DNA of 64,000 nucleotides from Nitrospirota bacterium (GTDB lineage Bacteria > Nitrospirota > Nitrospiria > Nitrospirales > Nitrospiraceae), in the NCBI GenBank assembly GCA_963701855.1, contig CAVPBK010000012.1, positions 43,083 through 107,082 on the forward strand, read 5' to 3'. The first letter of the stretch is position 1. Each line of letters begins with the position of its first letter. A program made the position numbers and the translations under genes. Under the pieces are notes generated by a model. It had not been told where the DNA came from, made no database searches, and saw only the letters and a program-made list of their open reading frames with translations. Positions 31,424 through 44,010 of this stretch are shown here, piece by piece.

Positions 31424-31941
31424 TTAGAACGTCTCATCCAGTAGCGATTGGATCAGCCGTTCCGTTTCCTGATACCCGCCCTCACCGATCCGCACATGGC
31501 AAATCACGCCCTGCTCGTCGATGAGATACATCGAAGGCCAGTAACGATTGCCATAGCGATTCCACGTCGAGAAGTCGTTGTCGATGGGGATGGGAAAGCG
31601 GATGTCGTGTTTTGGATATAATGCTTCACCTTCGCAAAGTCGTGGTCGTAGGAAATCTCCTGCGAATGCAGACCGATGATCACCAATCCCTTATCTGCAT
31701 ACTTCTGATGCCATTGCTTCACGTAGGGTTCGACATTTCTGCAGTTGTAGCAGCCGAAGGTCCAGAACTCGCCCATCACGACTTTGCCCTACAGGTCAGA
31801 CAGATATAAGGGCACGCTGTTCAGCCAGGTCTGGTTCATAATGTCCGGTGCCTTCATACCGAATCCTGCATTGGCCACGAACCAGGTTACGAGCACCCCG
31901 GCCAAAAGCGCACTGATGCCGATCAGAATTCGCTGTACCAT
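31424..31941 (-). pseudogene. redoxin/thioredoxin-like (DipZ C-terminal-like) protein with stop and frameshift
   Basis: WLNS.PL..SDL*GKVV..EFWTFGCYNC; NRYWPSMYLID; GEGGY. Confidence 0.8.
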
Positions 31942-32647
31942 GGTCCTCTCCTTGTTCACGCGCCACTCCCTCCCAACGGTCCTGGGTCTACTTCGCAATC
32001 GTGGTCTCCGGGGGAAAATAGGGCTTTCTGGTTCTTCTGGTTAGTTTCGTTCAACCAAAAACCAGACAGACCAAACGAATCAAACAGACCAAATGGACCA
32101 GACTGGCTGGCGGACCTTTTCAGCATCCTGCGCGGCGTTCTCCTGGCTCGTATAATCACGAAGCCGTCAATTACGAGAGACCGACTGACCGTGGTGAGCT
32201 ACAAACTGCCGACACTGGCGAAGACAATTCATCCGCGAGGGAACGGTTCCTGAACGAGAGCGGAAGAGCCAGCCTCCTCATCAACTGGGGAAGGAAGTGA
32301 ACTGTGGCCATGGTAGGAAAACGTAACCGGACATAGAGCAGCGTGCCCCCTATCAAGCTCCCGTTGGACGGATCGGTACCGAGAAGCCCCAGCTCAGGAG
32401 GCATATCGTGGCAGGATGCGACAGATCACACAGGATCAACTATACGTGAAGAAAAAGCTTGGAAGATTTGTAAGAAGTAGCCAATACGTGCGGTGAATTC
32501 CCTGCGATCGAAGCCATGCGCAAGGGATTGCAAGCGTCTCTTTACATAATATCTTAGTGTGAAGAGAGAACACCGCATCGGATTCTGACTTCCGTGCGGC
32601 AATTACTGTAGAAGACCTCATAAATAGGCTAAAGTCCCTCACCTAAC

Positions 32648-33184
32648 TCACCTCCGATCAATACCTGCCGGAAGAGAGGGGATATAATTGGCATCCACGA
32701 GGTCTTCCCACACTGCGTCATGAGCAGCCTGCATGCCTCTCCCTCGTACGTAGACCATCCTGAGAACGGGTTCTTTCCCGGGCGCTAAACCGGTCATCCG
32801 GCCGACGACAAGCATGTCGCCCCAATGGTGGTGTGCGTTTGGAAAACTCTGATAATCTCCCACAACAACCCAATACCAGCCGCCCTCGGGGTCGTCTGGG
32901 CTGGGCGGAAGTTGAGGCCGGTAATCCTGGTCAAGCGGACGATTCTTCACGTGCAACCAGAGGGCATCGTCTCGTTCTTCCTCCTCCAGGATAACGCCGC
33001 CCATTATGACAAGCCGGTCTCGAAAATCCTGGGATGCCGCGGTCAACTTCGACAGCGTGACGTTCGGCACTGCCTCGCGCAGATATTTTTTTGGCACCGG
33101 ACTGCACCCAACAACGACGCACAGGGCCAGGAACAAGACTGTCCAGCCACACCAAGTCTGCCCGGTTTCAGAGAACCATTGCAT
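32648..33184 (-). CDS. Slp family outer-membrane lipoprotein
   Basis: VVGC lipobox; GGVI, PLD..YRP. Confidence 0.7.
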   Translation of the reverse strand: MQWFSETGQTWCGWTVLFLALCVVVGCSPVPKKYLREAVPNVTLSKLTAASQDFRDRLVIMGGVILEEEERDDALWLHVKNRPLDQDYRPQLPPSPDDPEGGWYWVVVGDYQSFPNAHHHWGDMLVVGRMTGLAPGKEPVLRMVYVRGRGMQAAHDAVWEDLVDANYIPSLPAGIDRR

Positions 33185-33271
33185 GTCTCTATCCTTCCCA
33201 CAGTTGAATACCAGGCCTACACGACGGGATCGCCGCCCAAGCCGAATCCCGTCGATACCCCATCCAGCTCT

Positions 33272-33886
33272 TCAGAGGGCGCCGGCTGCCCTTGCGCTGT
33301 TCATAAACTGTTCGATGCAGTCCTTGATACCCCGCTTGATGAGCAGACCGCTATTCATCCAGTCGACAGACTGCTGAAGGCTGGAGCGGCACACCGAGGC
33401 GAAGCCCACGGCGCCCGTTTGATCGATCTTGAAGGTCGCCAGAACTTCAAATCGTTGCTCGACCTCTCCGATGTAATTGAGAAAGAAATGCTCGATCGTG
33501 CCCGACACGACCCGCGCCTCACCCGGCTGCACATGATAGCCCGAAAAGGCCAGCTCCTGCCTGACCGCATTCGTGAAAAATTCCCCGATATCCTGTGACA
33601 AATACAGAGCTTCGACGTCACGGGAACTCGACTCGAACTTTTTCTGCTTCATCAGCCCGGTCGGATGGCCGGCATAGAGGAACGGCGCGACCTGTATGGT
33701 TCCATTCCCTTTTAACGAGTTAGAGGGCTGATAATCCAGGTACAACACCCGTGGACAGCCGGAACTCAAGCACGCCAGGATGAGCAGCGCAGCCACCGGC
33801 CATCGATGTCGGAGAGCGGACATAGGAATCAGTATTGAACGCGGTACCGGAAAGGTCAAATGGATCGAACGAGCATTCATCAGCAA
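33272..33886 (-). CDS. putative lipoprotein
   Basis: LSSGC lipobox. Confidence 0.7.
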   Translation of the reverse strand: MLMNARSIHLTFPVPRSILIPMSALRHRWPVAALLILACLSSGCPRVLYLDYQPSNSLKGNGTIQVAPFLYAGHPTGLMKQKKFESSSRDVEALYLSQDIGEFFTNAVRQELAFSGYHVQPGEARVVSGTIEHFFLNYIGEVEQRFEVLATFKIDQTGAVGFASVCRSSLQQSVDWMNSGLLIKRGIKDCIEQFMNSARAAGAL

Positions 33887-34216
33887 GAATGCGCCGAAAG
33901 CCTACGGAGAGACGGAGCGTCTGTCAATAGCGAAGACAGCGTGCGAGACGGACTTTGCTCATGCAGGTGATCCATGGTGTGCGGCAAACCGTTGGCGCAG
34001 GTGAAGACGATGCACCGGCGAGGGATAAAGCTTGGAGAGGCTCCTAAGTGCAGAGGAAACGAGACCAATCTGTTTGACATTGCGACGGCTGTGGATACAG
34101 AACGTGAATCGAGAGCCCGTACAAAATTGAAAATATAGATACAACAGAGCGTACGAAGTTGTACGTATAAGTAGTCGCCACAGTACTAAGTCATTGAAAA
34201 TGCGATGCTGTCATGC

Positions 34217-34232
34217 TGGATCGCAATTTGCT
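34217..34232 (+). promoter_or_regulatory. possible sigma54 -24/-12 promoter
   Basis: TGGATC-GCAAT-TTGCT, 46 nt upstream of ATG 34278. Confidence 0.4.
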
Positions 34233-34277
34233 AATCCCTCGTGCAAGTTCATTCACATAACGAGGGAGGACATAATT

Positions 34278-34457
34278 ATGGATTGCCCGAAGTGCAAAGG
34301 ATTGATGATGTTGGAACGATTCTCGGACTTTTTCCTGGCCTTCTATGCGTGGAAATGCATCAACTGCGGAGCAGTCATCGATCGAACGATCGCCGAAAAT
34401 CGAAAAAACAGCCTCGCCGCCAAATCCACGAAGGAAGTTGAACCGGCCACGGTGTAA
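34278..34457 (+). CDS. small zinc-ribbon protein
   Basis: RBS GGAGG; CPKC.GLM..E.F.D...WKCINCG. Confidence 0.8.
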   Translation: MDCPKCKGLMMLERFSDFFLAFYAWKCINCGAVIDRTIAENRKNSLAAKSTKEVEPATV

Positions 34458-34973
34458 CGCACGGGCTGGCAGATATCGGAGTTCCGGTATCGCACGTGAG
34501 GGGCTCGACCATGAGCGGGCCGGAACTCTTGGATACGTTCAAGGCAGTAACTGCCTCTGAACTACATTCTTCAGCCCGCACTCCACAATTGTTCATCGAC
34601 TCTCACAGTCTTTTCTCCCCCTGTACGATACCGCATTGATCTGAACAGACTTTCTACTTAACGAGGTGAGGATCTGAGCGTGACGTCCTGACCGAGACCA
34701 GGAACCCACTCGCCTCGATACCTTCTTGCATGGATTCCCTTTCGCATTTGGAATGGCGCTGGTGCGGCATACCTGGGCGAAGCAAGGGTCCCTATTTCTC
34801 GACGCTCGGCGTTCTACCTTTGTGCATACAACCGGATGGTGTCTCCACCGGTTCCAGCTGTATGATGGGACATTGACGATTTTGATGGAGTGATACAACG
34901 ACGGCAAGGCTCGTTCCCCGCGAACGACCGTCGGCTTGCTTAATACGTCACGCTCAAAAGAAGGAGAATCGCA

Positions 34974-35708
34974 ATGACGGATGAAGACAGGCCTGCGGGG
35001 CGTCTCCTTTCCCGCCGTGAAGTCGTGGCATTTCTTGGCGCCGCCGGGGCGGTCTGGCTGATGGCCGGAAGTCTGAACCCTAGGTGGGCTGTTGCAGGTA
35101 CGCCTGGAGCCTCATGTGTGGTCCGACCAGAGCAAACCGGAGGCCCCTATTTCGTCGACGAACGGTTAAATCGCTCCGACATTCGCTCGGATCCGACCGA
35201 TGGACAATTGAAGTCCGGTACGCCACTGACTCTGACGCTACAGGTCTCGCGCCTCAACGCCGGAGAATGTCAGCCGCTGCCTGGATCCCAAATAGATATC
35301 TGGCATTGCGATGCGCAGGGCATCTACTCGGATGTGCAGGATCCTGGGTTCAACACCATCGGCCAGAAATTTTTACGGGGTTATCAAATCACCGACGCGC
35401 GCGGCGAAACTCGGTTCGTCACTGTGTACCCCGGCTGGTATCCGGGCCGGACGGTACATATTCACTTCAAGATTCGCACCGCACCTATGACTCAGCGAAG
35501 ATTCGAGTTCACGTCGCAATTGTACTTCGACGATGTGCTGACGGATCGCGTCCATGCTACCCCTCCATATGCCGCGAACGGGCCGCGCACCGCGCGAAAT
35601 CAGCATGATTGGATCTTCCGACGTGGCGGGGATCAACTCATGCTGGCTCCGAAGATAACGACAGACGGATATGCGGCGACATTCGCGATCAGCCTACAGC
35701 TTCCTTGA
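34974..35708 (+). CDS. intradiol ring-cleavage dioxygenase family protein (Tat signal)
   Basis: SRRE Tat motif; GPY, DIWHCD..G.YS, FLRG.Q.TD..G, PGWYPGR..HIH. Confidence 0.9.
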   Translation: MTDEDRPAGRLLSRREVVAFLGAAGAVWLMAGSLNPRWAVAGTPGASCVVRPEQTGGPYFVDERLNRSDIRSDPTDGQLKSGTPLTLTLQVSRLNAGECQPLPGSQIDIWHCDAQGIYSDVQDPGFNTIGQKFLRGYQITDARGETRFVTVYPGWYPGRTVHIHFKIRTAPMTQRRFEFTSQLYFDDVLTDRVHATPPYAANGPRTARNQHDWIFRRGGDQLMLAPKITTDGYAATFAISLQLP

Positions 35709-36167
35709 AGAACTCTGCAATACACCGCGTCTCGCTTTCCTCGGCTTATGAGCAGGTGTTATCAATTCACATCGCGGCCGGCCCACCACGATTCGCGGCC
35801 ATGGATCGGCAGGATCACCCGTTAGACTGTCAATCCGTTGCAGTTGAAGGTCCAGGTCGGCCAGGGGTCTGTTAAAAATTCTATGCTGCTCATAACCAGC
35901 GGATGAACGGCGCCCGGATACAGATTCGTTGAGAGTGGAATTGTCTGGCCGTCGATGTCACGCCATTCTTCGAGGTGGTTAACCAGGACAAACCGTTCGC
36001 TTGGTGGCATGCGCGCCGTCAGCAGGAGCTGCATGATACCGGCGTATATTCGCGCCTGCGACCGTGCCGGAGGATCCCCCTCTAGCGTTTGTCTCCAGCC
36101 ACTCAAGACTCAATGCCCAGTCGAGATTCCGGCAGCCTTCGGCTCCAATCCCTCACACCTCACATCC

Positions 36168-38876
36168 TCACTCCCCGCTCTGCTGAATCAGTTTCGCCAC
36201 CAGTCCCGTCCAACCCGTCTGATGACTCGCGCCGATGCCGGCTCCGTTGTCCCCGTGAAAGTATTCGTAGAACAGTATGTTGTTGCGCCAATGCGGATCG
36301 TCCTGCAACCGGTTCATTCTGCCAAACACCGGACGTTTCCCCTGGGCATTCTGAAGAAAGATGTGCGTCAAACGGCGTGAGATTTCGGCCGCCACTTGCC
36401 AGAGCGTGGATTGACGACCCGACCCGGTCGGACACTCCACCCGATATTGATTGCCGAGAAAATAGTGAAACTTTTGCAGCGACTCGATCAGGAGATAGTT
36501 GACCGGGAACCAGATCGGTCCACGCCAATTCGAATTGCCTCCAAACAATCCTGTGCTGGATTCAGCCGGTTCGTAGTCCACACGATGTTCACGGCCCATG
36601 ACCGAGACCACATAGGGATGATCTTTGTGATAGCGCGAGAGCGCGCGAATGCCGTAGGGAGACAGAAACTCTTCTTCATCCAGCATGTACCGCAACACGG
36701 ATTTCAGCCGATCACGACTCACGAGTGAGAGAAATCTCCGCACACCTCCGTCGGCGGACTGCGTTTCCAGATGCTGTGCAAAGTCCGGCTTATTCTCGAT
36801 GAACCACTGCATCCGGTGCTTGAAGCGAGGGAGGCTATCGATGAGCTCCGAGTCGAGCGTTTCCACGGCAAACAGGGGAATAAGCCCCACCATCGAGCGG
36901 ACCTTCATATGTGTGGTTTCCCCATTCGGCAGATGCAGCACGTCGTAGAAAAAACCGTCTTTGCGGTCCCACAACTCGATCTTCTCACCGCCGATGTTGT
37001 TCATGGCGCGGCAGATGTAGACGAAGTGTTCGAAGAATTTGCTGGCTACGTCTTCGTAGGCCCGATTGTCTCGAGCGAGTTCCAGCGCGATCGTCAACAT
37101 GTTGAGGCAATACATGCCCATCCAGCTGGTGGCGTCCGATTGTTCAATGTGGCCACCGGTCGGCAACGGCGCGCTTCTGTCGAAGACTCCGATGTTGTCG
37201 AGACCGAGAAAGCCGCCTTGGAAAATGTTTTTCCCATCGGCATCCTTGCGATTGATCCACCAGGTAAAATTCAGGAGTAATTTATGGAAGACACGTTCCA
37301 AGAATACACGATCGCCGACACCTTTTCGTTTTTTTTCGATCTTGTAGATGCGCCAGGCGGCCCAAGCATGGACCGGCGGATTGACATCGCCGAGGGCCCA
37401 TTCATAGGCGGGAATCTGTCCGTTCGGATGCATGTACCATTCACGCAGCATGAGGACGAGCTGATCCTTGGCAAACGTGGAGTCGACGAGTGCGAGCGGG
37501 ATACAGTGGAACGCAAGATCCCAGGCGGCGTACCAGGGGTACTCCCACTTGTCCGGCATCGAAATGACATCGGCATTATAGAGATGGGTCCAGTCGGAGT
37601 TGCGACCGTGGAGGCGCTCACGCGGCGGTTCCGGCATGCTCGGATCACCTTTGAGCCATCGATTGACGTCGTAGTGATAAAACTGTTTGCTCCAGAGCAG
37701 TCCGGCAAAGGCTTGCCGCTGCACACGGCGCGCATCTTCCGACAGATTGGTCGGCGCAAGGCTATCATAGAACTCATTCGCTTCCTTGAGGCGTGTCGTA
37801 AAGACGGTGTCGAAATCCTGTGTGGCAAACCCTGGGCTCTGCTCTTCGTTGGTTAATCGCAAGCGGATAGTCGTTGTCACGCCGGGCGCGAGCGTGAGTA
37901 TATACTGGGCTGCAGCTTTGGTGCCCAGATGATCCGGATTGACCGCTTCCTTCTCGCCCTGCACGACATAATCGTGAAAACTATCCTTCACATACCGAGC
38001 GCCTTCTTGGTCACCATAGAGACGTCGGGTGTTGGTTTCATTTTCCGTAAAGAGCAGAGTGGGCTCGCCCTCGCAGAGTAGCCGGCGCAGGCCATAGGTC
38101 TCGTGCTGCGTCTCGATGACGCTCATCTGGTTCATCGACTCTCCTTGCTTGAAACGGGGGCGCCGGATGTCCGATCCCCATGACCATGTGTTGCGATACC
38201 AGAGAGTTGGAAGCAGCGTGAGTTCGGCCTGCTCGGGTCCACGATTTACCACTTGGATACGGATGCAGAGATCTTCCGGCGTGGCCTTGGCATACTCCAC
38301 AAAAACATCGAAGTAGCGATTCTCGTCAAACACGCCGCTGTCGAGCAATTCAAACTCGAGATCTTGATGCCCCCGACGGCGATTCTCCTCAACCAGCCGA
38401 GTATAGGGGAATGGTGCTTGCGGGTACTTGTAGAGGTATTTCATGTAGGAATGCGTCGGCGTCGAATCGAGATAGAAGTAGCATTCCTTCACGTCCTCGC
38501 CGTGATTGCCTTCGTTGCCGGTGAGCCCGAAGACTCGTTCTTTCAAAATCGGATCGCGTCCGTTCCACAAAGCCACGGCGAAGCAGATCAGTTGATGGCG
38601 ATCGCAGATGCCAGCGAGGCCGTCCTCGTTCCAGCGATAGGCGCGGGATCTGGCGTGATCATGGGGGAACGCTTCCCAAGGGGTCCCATGTGGACTGTAG
38701 TCCTCACGCACGGTTCCCCACGCCCGTTCGCTCAGATAGGGCCCCCAGCGTTTCCAATGACGCTGACGCTTCGCGTCCTCTTCAAGGCGTTGTTGTTCTG
38801 CCAGAATCGGTGGTTGAGAAGCGGAAGCAGTCTGACGATGAGAGGCCACACGACTCCTTCGGTAGAAACGTTGCAC
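36168..38876 (-). CDS. GH63/MGH1-like glucosidase
   Basis: [63 protein letters not shown]. Confidence 0.93.
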   Translation of the reverse strand: MQRFYRRSRVASHRQTASASQPPILAEQQRLEEDAKRQRHWKRWGPYLSERAWGTVREDYSPHGTPWEAFPHDHARSRAYRWNEDGLAGICDRHQLICFAVALWNGRDPILKERVFGLTGNEGNHGEDVKECYFYLDSTPTHSYMKYLYKYPQAPFPYTRLVEENRRRGHQDLEFELLDSGVFDENRYFDVFVEYAKATPEDLCIRIQVVNRGPEQAELTLLPTLWYRNTWSWGSDIRRPRFKQGESMNQMSVIETQHETYGLRRLLCEGEPTLLFTENETNTRRLYGDQEGARYVKDSFHDYVVQGEKEAVNPDHLGTKAAAQYILTLAPGVTTTIRLRLTNEEQSPGFATQDFDTVFTTRLKEANEFYDSLAPTNLSEDARRVQRQAFAGLLWSKQFYHYDVNRWLKGDPSMPEPPRERLHGRNSDWTHLYNADVISMPDKWEYPWYAAWDLAFHCIPLALVDSTFAKDQLVLMLREWYMHPNGQIPAYEWALGDVNPPVHAWAAWRIYKIEKKRKGVGDRVFLERVFHKLLLNFTWWINRKDADGKNIFQGGFLGLDNIGVFDRSAPLPTGGHIEQSDATSWMGMYCLNMLTIALELARDNRAYEDVASKFFEHFVYICRAMNNIGGEKIELWDRKDGFFYDVLHLPNGETTHMKVRSMVGLIPLFAVETLDSELIDSLPRFKHRMQWFIENKPDFAQHLETQSADGGVRRFLSLVSRDRLKSVLRYMLDEEEFLSPYGIRALSRYHKDHPYVVSVMGREHRVDYEPAESSTGLFGGNSNWRGPIWFPVNYLLIESLQKFHYFLGNQYRVECPTGSGRQSTLWQVAAEISRRLTHIFLQNAQGKRPVFGRMNRLQDDPHWRNNILFYEYFHGDNGAGIGASHQTGWTGLVAKLIQQSGE

Positions 38877-38916
38877 AACTAGAGTCGCCCTGCGGCGGAA
38901 AATCTAACAGTAGGCA

Positions 38917-39108
38917 AGCCTGCATTATTCATGACGGTTCGTCGCGAAATCGCGCAGTCGCATTGCGAGACGGGCACGCGGAGCCACGAGGCCCCGAGGC
39001 GTACTTAAACAGTACGTCGAAGGGGCGAGCGGCGAGCCTGCCTGCCAAAAGCTTGTCGCAGCAGCGAGTCCACGATTGCAGCAGAAGCGCTCATTAATAA
39101 TGCAGGCT
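38917..39108. mobile_element. MITE-like element
   Basis: 18-bp terminal inverted repeats AGCCTGCATTATTCATGA / TCATTAATAATGCAGGCT (1 mismatch); no ORF. Confidence 0.7.
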
Positions 39109-39352
39109 AATACTGAGCCCTGGATGTAGTCAAGCAAAGGCGATAGACCGATCAGCCGCCAGTGATGAAGAGAGGCCGCCCATCCTCGCCCCATGCAACG
39201 TTGAAAGTTGGTTACCCAGTCTCGAGCGTGCCGTCTGAAGCGATCACGCTCAGCCCGCTGAGCCGCACACCAAAGATGTTGCCCTTCGGCGAAATATGAC
39301 CGCTCTTACAGAGCTTGGGGAGAAATGAAAATGGAAGAAGGGTATTGAAAAC

Positions 39353-39388
39353 TGGTGCGCCGGCTAGGGTTCGAACCCGTAACCCTCT
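39353..39388 (-). repeat. degenerate tRNA 3'-end (att) remnant
   Basis: TGGTGCGCCGGCTAGGGTTCGAACCC resembles the tRNA-Lys att copies. Confidence 0.5.
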
Positions 39389-39616
39389 TTGACTGATGAT
39401 CGGCAGGCTCAGTAGTACGGGCAATTTCTATTGCATTGCAGCCACGCCAGCCGGCCGAGTGCTGTGGGGACCAGGATGAATGGGCTCTGGTTGAGTGGTT
39501 GGGAAGGAAGATCAAGAATGCCTGGCGAACTGGCGGGGCGGAGCCATGCTGAACTCCGCTAGCCGCCAGAACGTCGGGCGTTGTCAGTCCCAAAGACGCT
39601 GAAAAAACTACTTGCC

Positions 39617-39910
39617 CTACTTAGCACCCTCGACCAATTTCCCGTCCAGCATTACGGCTTGGCCTTCCTGCAGCTGTATCTCTTTCCCGTCCTTCATCAA
39701 CATCTTGCCGTTCATCATGACCCTTGTCCCGTTGGACATGGTCGTCTCGCGATCCATACGGCCAATCTCTTTCCCTTCCGTCACCCTCACCATCTTGCCA
39801 TTCTTCATCATGACGCCATCCTTCTCGACGGCCATTGCAGGGACGGCAAGAAATGACAGGGACAAGCAGAGGCCAACAACTGCGAGTGTGATGTTTCTAT
39901 AATTCACCAT
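39617..39910 (-). CDS. secreted Met-rich protein (DUF6799-like)
   Basis: signal peptide; DGVMMKNGKM, NGT.VMMNG, L.EGQ. Confidence 0.7.
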   Translation of the reverse strand: MVNYRNITLAVVGLCLSLSFLAVPAMAVEKDGVMMKNGKMVRVTEGKEIGRMDRETTMSNGTRVMMNGKMLMKDGKEIQLQEGQAVMLDGKLVEGAK

Positions 39911-40972
39911 GGCTACAAACCTCCATTGATATGAATGAATGATGTGAATGAATTCTCCTTGACAACATTGAACCTGGAGCGGCAAGGAGGACCGCGTCCG
40001 GCTTGGGCGGATATGGGACCGGCCTCATTGCCTGACTGCCACCGTTCGTCAAGGTCGAGGTCGTGCCATCTTCGATGTGGCTGGCTGCGTGAATGTTTTC
40101 GGGGTTGGTGAAGCGATACGTGAGCCGGTGAGTCAGGCGAAAGTGGCTGCTGTAATAGCGAGCACAGATTCACAGCCGAGATTCGAAGAACAGGACCGCA
40201 CATCACAAATTAACCGCCCGCCTTATCCGCAACGGGCAAGCTCATCGCGCGATGCGCGTGAATTTTCCGACGCGTTTCTTTAGCTGCAATGACACATTTA
40301 GATCAGCACATTATTTACTAGTGACCTGGAGGCTGTCAAGTACACAGACTGAGGTGTTATACTATTGCCCAATCAGAAAAGCTAAGGAGCAGACACGATG
40401 TTTGTACAGAGCATGGCCAAGACCGAGATGACCAGGTTTTGGCAGTCTATGTTTGACTACTGCCATGAAGATTACTCCTGCGTGCTTGGATGGGGCATGA
40501 CAGGAATCGTGGTAGTCCTGGTAATCTTAGTCGGTTTGGGTTTAATGATGAAACGCATAAATGATAGAAATAGGGAATAAAAAAAGAGGGCCTAGCATCG
40601 TTTACCGGAAACTTTGCCAGGGTCAGCAGACGGGAACGGCGAACAAACTCACGGACACATTCTCTTGAAGCGATCTCCTAACTTACTGGAGCATTAGCGA
40701 ATAAGAAGTGTTCAGGCGATAGCCAGCCACAGCCCACCAGAATTCTATTGGATTGCTGCCCACGCGATTTCTACCGACATCAGAGTGATCCGAAGACAAT
40801 ACCTACCGCACCATCAATGGATCTGGAACGGTTATCGTCCAGTCCGACGATGCAGAACTCATGATATCACTAAGCTGAAACGACACACGCGACGCAGTAA
40901 AGCCTTCTCTCCCACATCAAAATAACAAGTCCATAGAGCGCGGAAAAGAGACGCAAAAGATGTTGAAAGATG

Positions 40973-41017
40973 TGGTGAGCCGGCTGGGACTCGAACCCAG
41001 GACCCTCGCCCTAATAG
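40973..41017 (-). repeat. att: tRNA-Lys 3' half
   Basis: 37 bp identical to 49840-49876; T-arm and CCA present, no 5' half. Confidence 0.85.
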
Positions 41018-42142
41018 CTCGAAAAGATGGATTCACACAAGGGCTTGGGTTTGTGAAGGTTTCCCCGTTTTCTCTGCTAGCAAGGACTTGAGATAAATCT
41101 AGAGATCCCATTAATTCTGTAGAATGCAAACCGTTGTGGAAATTTTTAGCACAAATTTAGCACGGCGACGTTCTTGCTTGGTGTTTTCGGCCTATCTATG
41201 GGGAGGAGCGCAAGATGTTGCTGGCCTACGCGATAACGTCGCGGCTCGCAAAGGTTGTGTTTGATCAGCTCAAAAAGCGGCGATTCGTTGATGGCAGCCA
41301 GACCCACCAGCTCTGCATTTTGGAATTGCGTGATTTGTTTCACAGGAGTGTCCTTTCGCTGTTCGATTGGTTTGGTCCCTTCACCAACTCGATCTCATCC
41401 ATGCGCCAGGTCTTGCCAAAATACGGCGAGCATTCACTTGATTTCCTGGACTGGTCGGCGAAGGGCCAACAGACCCTTCTTTCTTTGGCACTCCGGGAGC
41501 CTATACTTTTGCCAGAATCTGGTCAATTCATAGGTACGCTCAGGTGTTGTCTTAGCGGGCGGAAATGGTTGTACGACCCTGCCGCCGTGCCCCGCTATAT
41601 TGAATGCACTGCTCCACTTAATTCGTAGACAATTCCCTGAAGATTGCTAATCATCAATTCTACAGAGAATCCATTCTTTTCGAGTCTCCATTTCTAATGA
41701 GACAGCCGGGCGCACTCGATCGTAGCTCTGGTAAGAGACCTCGGACGTCTTCCACTACGATGTGTTTAGAATATTTTCAGTGGGTTTGATATATCCAGCG
41801 GACTGAGCCACCTGTCTATATTTTAAGCGGGGTACAACAGGCTAGCTGAAATTCGAATACCGCTGGTCTCCTGCCCGGAACACCTGCAAATATTGTGGCA
41901 ACCAAACCCTCGAAAATTCAGTCGAGTCTTTTTCAAGAAAGACGATCGGACCTGTCTCCACCGAGTAACAGACTTTCCTTCACCCTATCCTAGGCGGTCT
42001 AGCCAAACTGCAGCGCACCATGCAGATGATAGGCGTTGCAAGAAATTCTGCAATTCATTGACTGATGAGTGTGCTTTGCTACGCTGCCCGGTACGTAACG
42101 CAGTTTGAACGTATTCGTCTAGTGCCCCTATCCAAGATCATC

Positions 42143-43735
42143 ATGCGTCAGCGGCACAGATTGAACAATTGGTACTGCGCACTGTGTCTCTGCGCCATCG
42201 GGTTTGCGCTCGACCATGTCGCGTGGGCGCAGGCGCCGAATGAGACCTATGATTTCAGCATTTCGAAAGGGATCGTGGAGTTTGGTCGCGGACACTATAC
42301 ACAAGCCGCCGATCTGTTCGAACAGGCCCGACAAGCTGCACCGAACGATCCGGAAGCGATCGAATACCTCGGACAGACGCTGTTACGCCTCAAAAAGTAT
42401 CATGAAGCCGAAACCCTCTTTCACGATCTGACAATGAGACAGCCGGCTCGTCCGCAAGCCTGGCTGGGACTGGCCATCTCACAAAGTCACCTCGGGAAAT
42501 ATCGCGAAGCGCTGGCAACGCTTGATCAGGCCCAGAAACTCGATCCAGAGAATCCGCTCGTCTATTTCTACCAGGGAGTCGTCTCGCATGAACTGAAATC
42601 GTTCAGTCAGTCGTCCGCCTTGTTTTCCCGAGCCATGGCTCTCAGCCCTGACCTCACACCGACCGCTCGATATTACACGGGGATGTCGTACTACGAGCGT
42701 GGAATGATTGATCAGGGCCAAAAAGAAATAGAGGCGGCAATTGCCTCGGGCGAACCAGAGTCCGAACTTGCTCGAATCGCTCGTGAGGTTCTGCAGCAAC
42801 GAACCGCGGTTCCTAAGGGCCCCAAACCGTGGGATCTGAATCTGAGCGTCAGCGGCCAGTACGATACCAATGTCGTATTGCTTCCCATCGGAACCCAACC
42901 TCCAGGCGGAACGTCGAGTATTTCGAAGAAGGACGACTTCCGCACTACATTCTACGCCCGCGGCGAATATCGACCGATTCAAACTGCCGGGTGGACGGCA
43001 GGAGTCACGTACGGTTTTTATCAGACTTTGCAACAGACACTGACAGCATTCGACATCCAGGACCATGCGCCCTCGGCATTTGTTCAACATCAAATGGGCC
43101 GAGTGACGGCACGACTCCAATATGCCTTCGACTATGTGCGTGTCGGCCAGGATCCGTTTTTGCTCTCCAATGCCGTGCAACCGATCTTCACGATCGCCGA
43201 GACCAACAGTCTGTTCACCCAGCTACAGTTCCGGTATCAGTACAAAGACTTCCAGGATGATCGCTTTGCTGGAAATTCCTTCAGGGACGGAAAGAACTGG
43301 TTGGCAGGCGTCACACAGTACGCCTACTTCGCCAATGGAACAGGACATGTACGGCTGGGCTATACTTTCGACACCGATAACACCGGCGGAGGAAATCCTT
43401 CGGTGGCGACACCGGGCGTTCAAACAAATGCCGATTGGGACTACCACGCGCATCGTCTATCGGTCGGATTGGGTGTGCCGGACTTCTGGACGTTGAAATC
43501 GAACTTCGCATTCGACTACTACCACATGGATTACGATAACCCGAATTCTTTTTCAGCCGGCGGCACAACGAAGCGTCGCGATAACGTCATGTTCTTCACT
43601 GCCACGATTGGCCGTCCCCTCACCGATTGGCTCTCAATTGCAGCGGAATACAACTACACGAGAGATGAGTCCAACCTCACGGTGTTCAACTACGCCCGCA
43701 ATATTTTCTCGCTCACCCTGAGTAGCCGCTTCTAA
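42143..43735 (+). CDS. TPR + outer-membrane beta-barrel protein
   Basis: signal peptide, TPR repeats, YDTNV, amphipathic strands, terminal Phe. Confidence 0.85.
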   Translation: MRQRHRLNNWYCALCLCAIGFALDHVAWAQAPNETYDFSISKGIVEFGRGHYTQAADLFEQARQAAPNDPEAIEYLGQTLLRLKKYHEAETLFHDLTMRQPARPQAWLGLAISQSHLGKYREALATLDQAQKLDPENPLVYFYQGVVSHELKSFSQSSALFSRAMALSPDLTPTARYYTGMSYYERGMIDQGQKEIEAAIASGEPESELARIAREVLQQRTAVPKGPKPWDLNLSVSGQYDTNVVLLPIGTQPPGGTSSISKKDDFRTTFYARGEYRPIQTAGWTAGVTYGFYQTLQQTLTAFDIQDHAPSAFVQHQMGRVTARLQYAFDYVRVGQDPFLLSNAVQPIFTIAETNSLFTQLQFRYQYKDFQDDRFAGNSFRDGKNWLAGVTQYAYFANGTGHVRLGYTFDTDNTGGGNPSVATPGVQTNADWDYHAHRLSVGLGVPDFWTLKSNFAFDYYHMDYDNPNSFSAGGTTKRRDNVMFFTATIGRPLTDWLSIAAEYNYTRDESNLTVFNYARNIFSLTLSSRF

Positions 43736-44010
43736 GCCCTTCCAACCACCGACTCATTGTTCCATGACGCAAATTGTCGTACTAGGTGACAGAATACGTC
43801 GCTCAACTTATTGATAACGCTACGAAAGAACTAACTCATTCGAACGGGGCCCTCAAAAGTTGGTCTCTGCGATGATCTGTCTTATCAATGGCTTGGCCAG
43901 AGGGCTGATCTCGCTCAAAAACCGCCGGTCTCGGTACATTTCGTGCCCATACGAGGGGCAGAGAAAACTCTTAGGCGACTGTTGTCTCTTGTCTACTGGG
44001 AGGGGAAATA

